From positions 1-29,520 of IMG/VR virus record IMGVR_UViG_3300048575_000132: 29,520 nt of DNA; one strand, written 5' to 3'. Source of the stretch: a virus. Taxonomy: Duplodnaviria; Caudoviricetes. Position 1 is the stretch's first letter. Each line of letters opens with the position of its first letter. The position numbers and the translations under genes are program-made. This document shows, piece by piece, positions 1-6,076 of this stretch. The notes beneath the pieces were generated by a model. It did no database searches. It saw nothing but the letters and a program-made list of their open reading frames with translations, and was not told where the DNA came from.

Positions 1-110
1 CGATGATCGCCGCCGCCCGCGCTCGTGGCTTCAGCCCCGCCGACGACAACGAAGCCGATGCCATCGCGCTTCTGCTCTGGGCCATCGCAACGAACGGGGG
101 TGTCGCATGA
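1..110 (+). CDS. 3' end of a RuvC-like Holliday junction resolvase (partial)
   Basis: Frame 3 reads MIAAARARGFSPADDNEADAIALLLWAIATNGGVA*; DDNEADA resembles the C-terminal acidic motif of phage RuvC-like proteins; stop overlaps the next ATG (ATGA 107-110). Confidence 0.6.
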   Translation, partial: MIAAARARGFSPADDNEADAIALLLWAIATNGGVA

Positions 111-307
111 GGTGGCATCCCCACGGTTACGGCGGTCAGCGCCGCGATCCCGATGAGGTCAAGCGCGACGGATGGCGCGAACAGGGCGTGCTGGCGGTGT
201 CCGCCGATGATCAGCGGCTGACATGGCCGGAACGCGAACTGGTCCGCCAACTTGGCGAGAAGCTTTACGGGCGACGCCCGTTGGGAAAGGAGGTTCGCCA
301 TGGCTGA
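107..307 (+). CDS. Small phage hypothetical protein (66 aa)
   Basis: ATGA coupling with the upstream gene; 3' end overlaps the RBS/start of the next gene. Confidence 0.7.
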   Translation: MRWHPHGYGGQRRDPDEVKRDGWREQGVLAVSADDQRLTWPERELVRQLGEKLYGRRPLGKEVRHG

Positions 308-677
308 CCGCATCTGGACGGCAGACTGTGTGGCCGAACATTTCGAGGAGGCGTTCCGCACCCTGCGCAAGCTGCCGCCGGTGAGGGCGCAGGGGTTCTT
401 CAACGCCTGGCCACAGATCGTCCGCACCAGCCGCGAGATCGCCGCGATGGAGCCCGAGCCGATGCGGGTCTGGCCGTCGGCCGCAGCCATCACCCGGCTG
501 GAGCAGACCTCGGACTGGGTGCTGTGGATCGAGGAGGCCGAGCGCAAGCTGGTCTGGTCCCGCGCCGCCCGCGTGCCGTGGAAGCAGATCAGCGGCGAGA
601 TGGGCTGCGACCGCACCACAGCATGGCGGCGCTGGCAGCTGGCGCTGACCAAGATTGCGGCGCGACTGAATGCGTGA
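300..677 (+). CDS. DUF6362-like HTH protein, probable late-gene regulator (125 aa)
   Basis: GAGG RBS before ATG 300; C-terminal sigma70 region-4-like HTH (ERKLVWSRAARVPWKQISGEMGCDRTTAWRRWQLAL); last gene before the late non-coding region. Confidence 0.75.
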   Translation: MADRIWTADCVAEHFEEAFRTLRKLPPVRAQGFFNAWPQIVRTSREIAAMEPEPMRVWPSAAAITRLEQTSDWVLWIEEAERKLVWSRAARVPWKQISGEMGCDRTTAWRRWQLALTKIAARLNA

Positions 678-688
678 GCGACTCCAAT

Positions 689-737
689 GTGTTGCAACAC
701 TTTTCCCTTCGACATCTGCAACATGTTCGTGCTATTC
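689..737 (+). promoter_or_regulatory. Candidate late promoter with palindromic operator
   Basis: Perfect palindrome GTGTTGCAACAC 689-700; TTCGAC 708-713 and CTATTC 732-737 resemble the alphaproteobacterial CTTGAC-N17/18-CTATAT consensus; second TGCAACA at 717-723 inside the spacer. Confidence 0.4.
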
Positions 738-742
738 CGAAG

Positions 743-790
743 GCAAGATGGGGAGAGTGCGCCGAAGGGTTCGCTCTCCCCTTTGCTTTT
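743..790 (+). terminator. Candidate intrinsic terminator just downstream of the putative late promoter
   Basis: GGGGAGAG 750-757 pairs with CTCTCCCC 774-781; GCAA 743-746 pairs with TTGC 783-786; followed by TTTT. Confidence 0.55.
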
Positions 791-859
791 GGGCGGATGC
801 GGCTGGATTTCGGTCTGGTTTCCGGGGTCCGGGCGGGGTCCAAACGGGGTCCATCCCGC

Positions 860-872
860 TAACCCACTGATT
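860..872 (-). promoter_or_regulatory. IHF-binding consensus site
   Basis: Minus strand AATCAGTGGGTTA matches WATCARNNNNTTR exactly. Confidence 0.6.
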
Positions 873-999
873 TCTGGTTCCTTCCTGGCCATATTCGTAT
901 GCTGGCGGGCGAAGCGCGGCACATCGCTAGCGACAGGCCTCGATTTTTGGGAAGCCACCCGGAAGCCACCGCCGCCTGAACTCGCCTGAAACACTGCAA

Positions 1000-1012
1000 A
1001 ATCAAACCCTTG
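1000..1012 (+). promoter_or_regulatory. IHF-binding consensus site
   Basis: AATCAAACCCTTG matches WATCARNNNNTTR exactly; lies between oppositely oriented repeat clusters, like I1 in lambda cosB. Confidence 0.6.
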
Positions 1013-1128
1013 AACTTGGACACCCCTGGTGACCGCTGGACCCCGCGTGGAGTCCAGTCCGGACCCCGGAGCCCGGAAGCCAAGGGTATCCACCCGGCCC
1101 ATGCTGCAAATAGCCGACAGGAACCCGC

Positions 1129-1905
1129 ATGACCCTCGCGCCCGATGCGATCGACGCGCCAGCGATGGTCCCGGCATCGGATCGGCTTTCGGTGGCGAGA
1201 AACCGGGGGATGCGTCTTCGCAGTTGCCCGGATTGCGGCAAGGTCGATGAGGTCAGGGCCGACAACGCCTCGCCGAGATGCAAACGCTGCGCGACCCGTT
1301 CGACGATGGAAATGGGGCGCGACCAGAAATCGGCAGGGAGGAACCGGGAAACGTGCCAGCACTGCCGGATCGAATTTGCGGCACCACCAAGCAGCCGCCA
1401 GAAGTTCTGCAGCCGGGGATGCCGGGCCGCCGCCAAATCGACTGAGCGGACCTGCGCGACTTGCAGCAAAGCGTTTCGCATCGCGCGGTCGATCCTGTCG
1501 GGCAAGTGCAATTCCAGCGGACGCTTCTGTTCGCGACCCTGCTACGAGCGTCACCTCTGCCGCACGCCCCGCATTCGCGGCCGCGGATCATGCTGGACCA
1601 TCGTTCGACGTGAGTCGCTGCGATTGACACCGTTCTGCGCCTGCTGCGGCGGGCGAAAGCACCTGCAGGTGCACCACATCATTCCGTTCCGCCTCACGCG
1701 GGACAATTCGCAGACCAACCTCATCCCGCTCTGCCGCGCCTGCCACAAGCGGGTCGAGGCGGTTTTTCACGACGTCGAGGCGGCGGCACCGCCGATCCCG
1801 GTCACCAAACTGGTTCTGTTCTGCAGCATCCATGCCATGCGGACCGTAGCCCTGCACAAGCTCAAGGCCCTGAAATCAGATGCTCAACACCGCGCTGCAG
1901 CTTGA
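1129..1905 (+). CDS. HNH endonuclease with N-terminal Cys-rich zinc-finger repeats
   Basis: CAGGA RBS; CPDC, CKRC, CQHC..FCSRGC, CATC..FCSRPC repeats; HNH core CACCG..LQVHHIIPF..NSQTNLIPLCRACH. Confidence 0.8.
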   Translation: MTLAPDAIDAPAMVPASDRLSVARNRGMRLRSCPDCGKVDEVRADNASPRCKRCATRSTMEMGRDQKSAGRNRETCQHCRIEFAAPPSSRQKFCSRGCRAAAKSTERTCATCSKAFRIARSILSGKCNSSGRFCSRPCYERHLCRTPRIRGRGSCWTIVRRESLRLTPFCACCGGRKHLQVHHIIPFRLTRDNSQTNLIPLCRACHKRVEAVFHDVEAAAPPIPVTKLVLFCSIHAMRTVALHKLKALKSDAQHRAAA

Positions 1906-3211
1906 AGACTGGCCCATCGGCCGGTTGATCGAATACGACCGCAACCCGCGCAAGAACGATGACGTTGTTGACCGGATGGCGCAGGCCATCGTGGAATTCG
2001 GCTTCCGCATTCCGATTGTCGCGCGCAGCGACGGGCTGGTTGTCGATGGGCATCTCCGGCTCAAGGCAGCAAGGCTGCTGGGCCTTGCAACTGTGCCGGT
2101 GGTCCTGGCGGACGAGTTGTCGGAAACCCAGATTCGGGCGTTCCGGTTGCTTGCCAACCAATCCGCCAACTGGGCCGAGTGGGACGAGGCGCGGCTTTCG
2201 GCGGAGTTGAACGACCTGCTCGCTGATGACTACGACCTTTCGCATGTCGGTTTCTCCGATGGCGAATTGGACAAGATCTTGGCCTTCGTGCCGGAGGGGG
2301 ACGGTGAAGAAGGTGGCGCCGGGGGCTCCATGCCGCCGGTGACCATCCCCGAACCGCCGCGCAACCCGGCGTCGCAACCCGGCGATCTATGGATCCTTGG
2401 CGATCACCGTCTGCTCTGCGGTGACAGCACCAGCGCGGCCGACGTGCGCCGCCTGATGAATGGCGAGCGGGCGATCCTGTTCGCGACCGACCCGCCATAC
2501 CTCGTCGACTACGACGGCTCGAACCATCCGACCCGCAACAAGGATTGGTCCGCGTCCTATGGCACGACCTGGGATGACAGTTCGCAGGGGGCCGAGCTTT
2601 ACGACGGCTTCATCGCGGCCGCCGTGGCGGAGGCCATCGCCGAAAATGCCGCCTGGTATTGCTGGCACGCCTCGCGCCGCCAGGCGATGCTGGAGGCGTG
2701 TTGGGAAAAGACCGGTGCCTTCGTCCATCAGCAGATCATCTGGGTGAAGGACCGCGGGGTTCTGACCCGGTCGCATTACCTGTGGAAACACGAGCCCTGC
2801 TTCATGGGCTGGCGTAGGCCGAACCGCCCGCCAAAGGTGGCCGAAGAAACCCTGCCATCGACATGGGCGTTGCCCAGCTTCGCCAAGGACGAGCGGCCCG
2901 ACCACCCGACGCCGAAGCCACTCGATGCGTTCGGGATCCCGATGCGCCAGCATGTGGCGCGGGGCGGGCTTTGCTATGAGCCGTTCTGCGGCTCCGGGTC
3001 GCAGATCATGGCGGGCGAAGCGAATGGTCGCCGCGTCTTCGCGATGGAAATCAGCCCGGCCTACATCGACGTGGCAGTCGAACGCTGGCAGGCCGACACC
3101 GGCCGTGACGCGATCCTCGACGGCGATGGCCGGACCTTCGCGAGCGTGAAGGCCGAGCGGCTTGGCAATTGTGCAACCGTTACAAAAACAACAACCCACA
3201 ATTTCGCTTGA
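1880..3211 (+). CDS. ParB/Srx-domain N6-adenine/N4-cytosine DNA methyltransferase (beta-class motif order)
   Basis: N-terminal ParB-like FGFRIPIV..VVDGHLRLKAA; GDLWILGDHRLLCGDST; DPPY; HPTPKP; EPFCGSGS; the last ~15 codons lie in lower-GC sequence. Confidence 0.92.
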   Translation: MLNTALQLEDWPIGRLIEYDRNPRKNDDVVDRMAQAIVEFGFRIPIVARSDGLVVDGHLRLKAARLLGLATVPVVLADELSETQIRAFRLLANQSANWAEWDEARLSAELNDLLADDYDLSHVGFSDGELDKILAFVPEGDGEEGGAGGSMPPVTIPEPPRNPASQPGDLWILGDHRLLCGDSTSAADVRRLMNGERAILFATDPPYLVDYDGSNHPTRNKDWSASYGTTWDDSSQGAELYDGFIAAAVAEAIAENAAWYCWHASRRQAMLEACWEKTGAFVHQQIIWVKDRGVLTRSHYLWKHEPCFMGWRRPNRPPKVAEETLPSTWALPSFAKDERPDHPTPKPLDAFGIPMRQHVARGGLCYEPFCGSGSQIMAGEANGRRVFAMEISPAYIDVAVERWQADTGRDAILDGDGRTFASVKAERLGNCATVTKTTTHNFA

Positions 3212-3265
3212 AACCGCGGAACATCCACGACATCTTAGACTTAGAGCGCAGCAATCGGTGCCACG

Positions 3266-3580
3266 ATGGAAAAAACTTATCTTTGGGGTGCTTGCGCAAT
3301 TGTTGCGTTTTTGGGGTTCGGGTACATTGTAAAGGCGAATAGATTGGAGGGTGATTTGCTCAACCGCTGCCAGCGGGGTGTGGCCGTTTCGGGTCTTCCT
3401 TTCGATACTGGCCAGCAAATGTGTTCGTGTACGGTAGATGAAGTTGTCAGTAGATATCCACGAATTCGTCACTTGCCCATCGTCGGAGAAATTCTCACTT
3501 CCAACATTGATTTTGAGTCCATTACGCTTAATGCGCGTGGTGTATGTGCGGCAAGGATCGGCGTAGTCTACAACAATTAG
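3266..3580 (+). CDS. Low-GC moron: membrane-anchored protein with Cys-containing domain (104 aa)
   Basis: AT-rich codon usage; N-terminal hydrophobic helix LWGACAIVAFLGFGYIV; C..CSC..C pattern; possible TTGAAA-N17-CATCTT promoter at 3208-3236. Confidence 0.75.
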   Translation: MEKTYLWGACAIVAFLGFGYIVKANRLEGDLLNRCQRGVAVSGLPFDTGQQMCSCTVDEVVSRYPRIRHLPIVGEILTSNIDFESITLNARGVCAARIGVVYNN

Positions 3581-3598
3581 CACATCAATTTGGGAGCT

Positions 3599-4436
3599 CT
3601 CTGGCCCCAGGTCGCCCCGCATCATCGGCGAGGTTGAGCCGTCGTTCGTCTTCCTCGAGAATGTCGCCCATCATCTCCGCCTCGGCTTCCCCAAAGTCGC
3701 CAGCGGACTGGTCGGCATGGGCTACCGCCTTGCGGCAGGCCTCTTCACGGCGGCGGAAGTCGGTGCGCCCCACAAGCGCGAGCGGCTGTTCATCCTTGCC
3801 ATCCGCGAGGGGGACGACCTGGCCGACCCCGCGCGCCTGCTCTGGCACCCGGTCGAGTGGCGGGAACCGGACGGAAATGCTGCGCTTCTGGCCGACGCCG
3901 AGGGCCAGCGCAAACGAGAACCGGCAGTCCAAGCCCACGCCCTCGCAGGAGGCGGGGCAGCACGGCATGAACCTCGCGACGACGGCAGCCCTATGGCCGA
4001 CGCCGCAGATCGACAGTTTCCGCAGCCGGGGTGGCGAGCGGAAGGACGAGAAGGGTCTGGACCGCATGGCGCGGGACTGGCCGACGCCGATGGCGAACGA
4101 CGGCTGCAAACCGAGCGCGGGCAACCGCAGGACGGCCGATCTGACCCATGCGGCCGGGATGTGGATGACGCCGACGGCGCGCGATCACAAGGACGGGGCG
4201 ACGACCTTGGCGAACACGCCGGTGAACGGCTTGCTTGGCCGCCAGGTCCTGGTGACGCCGATGGCTGGGAGCGATACCTCCGATGCGCGCCGGTCCTTGA
4301 ACCCGCTGTTCGTCGAGGCGCTGATGGGCTGGCCCACCGGGTGGACCGGCTTCGCCTCTGTGGCAACGGCGTGGTCCCGCTGGTTGCGGCGCATGCGCTC
4401 AGAGCTTTGGCGGCTGAATTGCTGGCCGATGGATGA
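3599..4436 (+). pseudogene. 5'-truncated C5-cytosine DNA methyltransferase (alpha frame)
   Basis: LWPQVA / RIIGEVEPSFVFLENV (motifs V-VI, one extra C in the run at 3615-3618), GAPHKRERLFILA (VIII) and RLRLCGNGVVPLVAAHA (X) are present; motifs I (FxGxG) and IV (catalytic PC) are absent and the upstream sequence is the moron. Confidence 0.85.
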
Positions 4437-4449
4437 GGTGGCGGGATGA
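3661..4449 (+). CDS. Overlapping +1-frame ORF: C5-methyltransferase beta-type polypeptide carrying motif IX and WPTP repeats (262 aa)
   Basis: ATG lies within the ENV codons (GAG AAT GTC); contains LNPLFVEALMGWPTGWT (motif IX-like); its stop overlaps the next ATG (ATGA 4446-4449). Confidence 0.7.
   Translation: MSPIISASASPKSPADWSAWATALRQASSRRRKSVRPTSASGCSSLPSARGTTWPTPRACSGTRSSGGNRTEMLRFWPTPRASANENRQSKPTPSQEAGQHGMNLATTAALWPTPQIDSFRSRGGERKDEKGLDRMARDWPTPMANDGCKPSAGNRRTADLTHAAGMWMTPTARDHKDGATTLANTPVNGLLGRQVLVTPMAGSDTSDARRSLNPLFVEALMGWPTGWTGFASVATAWSRWLRRMRSELWRLNCWPMDEVAG
3820..4173 (+). repeat. Dispersed 12-bp repeats TGGCCGACGCCG (WPTP in the beta frame, (L/M)ADA in the alpha frame)
   Basis: Exact copies at 3889, 3994 and 4078; variants at 3820 (TGGCCGACCCCG) and 4162 (TGGATGACGCCG); all in the same phase. 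Confidence 0.8.
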
Positions 4450-4508
4450 AGCAGTCGCGCGTCATGTCGCTGGTCGAGGCCGTCACCAACGTGATATTGA
4501 TTCAATAG
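4446..4508 (+). pseudogene. N-terminal stub of a small phage protein (MKQSRVMSLVEAVTNV...), cut off by the adjacent low-GC insertion
   Basis: GAGGTG RBS, ATGA coupling and GC-rich codons up to ~4493, then an abrupt AT-rich switch and TAG at 4506-4508. Confidence 0.55.
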
Positions 4509-4543
4509 TGCCTAGAAATGGCAAAATATCTGGCCAAGACACC

Positions 4544-4942
4544 TTAAAAGGTTCGGCAATTGGATGAATAGCGAATATCGTTAGCATTGATCGTTAGTTC
4601 AGGAAAAGCCAACGACACGCGTTCGATTGCATTCAAAGCCATTGTAACAGTGCGCTCCTTTTCGATGTTCCCCTCAGTTGAAGAAACCATAGTCCTGACA
4701 GTAACATTGCCGGCTTCCTCGGTCTTCCTTATCACCACTTCAACGATTATTCCAGCATCAGCCTCACCTTGGCCAGTCAGGAATACCTCGTGGCGGGCAG
4801 ATTGACCTTGAACCTCACAAGCCGCCAACTCGCTTTTCATGAAGGCTCCAATCTTCTGGGAAACTTCGTCCCAGTTCCACCAACAGTATCCAATGACCGC
4901 CCAAACGACCAAACCGCCAATAACATTTGTACTGTCACTCAT
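4544..4942 (-). CDS. Low-GC moron: N-terminally membrane-anchored protein with beta-rich (possibly Ig-like) domain (132 aa)
   Basis: GAGGTGG RBS before ATG 4942; VIGGLVVWAVIGYCWW transmembrane segment; two Cys bracket the soluble domain; the listed 398-aa ORF is an upstream extension of this frame. Confidence 0.75.
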   Translation of the reverse strand: MSDSTNVIGGLVVWAVIGYCWWNWDEVSQKIGAFMKSELAACEVQGQSARHEVFLTGQGEADAGIIVEVVIRKTEEAGNVTVRTMVSSTEGNIEKERTVTMALNAIERVSLAFPELTINANDIRYSSNCRTF

Positions 4943-5079
4943 GCCTTCCACCTCGCCGCCTGCACGTTCAAACGAGAGCATGGCACCTCTGATATGGTCA
5001 AGGCCGAATGCTGCATCGGCACGGCAACAAATACACTTTGTCCCCCTCTGTGCGGCGGCGCAACGATTTCGTCGCGGGG

Positions 5080-5652
5080 TCAGGCGGCGGGAAGCCTGTA
5101 GACCCGCCCGCGCCCCTCGACCTTCTCCGAGGTAACCTCGAGTCCGAGTTTCTTCTTCAGCGCCCCAGCCATCGCGCCGCGCACCGTATGCGACTGCCAG
5201 CCCGTCGCCGCCATGATCTCCTCGATGGTCGCACCGTCCGGTGCGCGCAGCATGGCGATCAGCGTGGCCTGTTTGGTGCCCTCGCGCAGCGTACGCGCCT
5301 TGGGCGCGGCGTCTGGTTGGCTGGGGGTCTCGGGCGCGGGCCCTTCTGTCGGCGCGTCCGTCGCGCCCACGGGCGCGGTGTTTGCGCCCTCCGGCTCGAT
5401 GCCGATGGCGGCGAGGCCTGCGTCGGTGGCGACCAGCATGGTGCCGTGGCCGTCGCCGGTTTCGCGCCACATGGGTTCGCCCTTGCGCAGGTCGGCATCG
5501 ACTTCCTGCAGGAGCCCCTTGGCAATCATCGCGCCGACCACCTTGGCGGCGGCCCCACCGCGCAAGCTCTCGGGCAGCGGCATTGCGATGCGCTCGGGAC
5601 GCTGGGCAGCGGCGCTCAGGATCAGGGCTTGGGTGTCGGAAAGCTGGGTCAT
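5080..5652 (-). CDS. DUF3489 domain protein (probable winged-helix DNA-binding protein)
   Basis: MTQLSDTQALILSAAAQR N-terminus; C-terminal REGTKQATLIAMLRAPDGATIEEIMAATGWQSHTVRGAMAGALKKKLGL; TGGAG RBS. Confidence 0.85.
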   Translation of the reverse strand: MTQLSDTQALILSAAAQRPERIAMPLPESLRGGAAAKVVGAMIAKGLLQEVDADLRKGEPMWRETGDGHGTMLVATDAGLAAIGIEPEGANTAPVGATDAPTEGPAPETPSQPDAAPKARTLREGTKQATLIAMLRAPDGATIEEIMAATGWQSHTVRGAMAGALKKKLGLEVTSEKVEGRGRVYRLPAA

Positions 5653-5663
5653 CATCGTCTCCA

Positions 5664-5730
5664 CATCGGGGCCCGCGGAATGCGGGCCATCCTACGAGGT
5701 CGAGCCCCGCAATGCGGGGCTGGCGCGATG
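5664..5730 (-). other. Three-stem structured intergenic element upstream of the DUF3489 gene
   Basis: CATCG/CGATG closing stem enclosing hairpins GGCCCGC-N5-GCGGGCC (5670-5688) and AGCCCCGC-N3-GCGGGGCT (5703-5721). Confidence 0.45.
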
Positions 5731-5740
5731 GTTTGCTCAA

Positions 5741-5965
5741 TCACTCGGCGTGTTCGCCTTCCTTGAAGGCGCTGTCGGTGATCTCGCGCAGCTTGGTGCG
5801 GTAGTGGTTCAGGGTGCCAACGTGCCCCCAGTGGATCTCGTCGGGGCTGGTTTCGAAATGGTCGGCGCTGAGGGCAGCGAGGCGTGCCAGCATCGCGTCG
5901 ATCTCGGTCTTCGCGGTGATGAACGCATCGAGGGCTTTCGTGTTGTCAGTCGCGCGGCGGGTCAT
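5741..5965 (-). CDS. Small helical phage hypothetical protein (74 aa), first gene of the leftward operon
   Basis: GGAG RBS; phage-like codon usage; DEIHWGHVGTL motif recalled from proteins encoded next to DUF3489 genes. Confidence 0.8.
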   Translation of the reverse strand: MTRRATDNTKALDAFITAKTEIDAMLARLAALSADHFETSPDEIHWGHVGTLNHYRTKLREITDSAFKEGEHAE

Positions 5966-6025
5966 CTTGGTGGCTCCGTAGTGAGTTGCATCGCTTTGTC
6001 GGAGTGACGTTCGCTCCGTCCGCGA

Positions 6026-6046
6026 CGCTTATCAACGAGATAAGCG
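6026..6046. promoter_or_regulatory. Inverted-repeat operator candidate overlapping a leftward -35 element
   Basis: CGCTTATC-AACGA-GATAAGCG, a perfect 8-bp inverted repeat; minus-strand TTGATA (6035-6030) lies within it. Confidence 0.45.
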
Positions 6047-6076
6047 CATGATCTTGAATGATAATTGGAGCTGTCG

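Larger units (their letters stand above)
823..1097 (+). other. Lambda-like cos packaging site (cosQ/cosN-like core with flanking repeats)
   Basis: GGTTCCT 876-882 and TATGC-TGGCGGGCGAAG-CGCGG-CACAT-CGCTA 898-929 resemble lambda GGGTCCT and TTACG-GGGCGGCGACCT-CGCGG-GTTTT-CGCTA; flanked by IHF sites and phased repeats; the phage encodes a GpA-type terminase. Confidence 0.65.

Noticed and set aside
3820-4173. Repeat-spacer pattern resembling a CRISPR array
   Set aside because: Repeats are only 12 bp, spacing is irregular but always in codon phase, they lie within coding frames, and no cas genes are present.
5664-5730. Hammerhead ribozyme or tRNA
   Set aside because: No CUGANGA/GAAA core and no tRNA D- or T-loop consensus; kept only as an unclassified structure.
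4544-5740. 398-aa minus-strand ORF as one gene
   Set aside because: Its first two-thirds is an alternative frame of the DUF3489 gene with Arg-rich nonsense composition; the real gene starts at 4942 behind an RBS.
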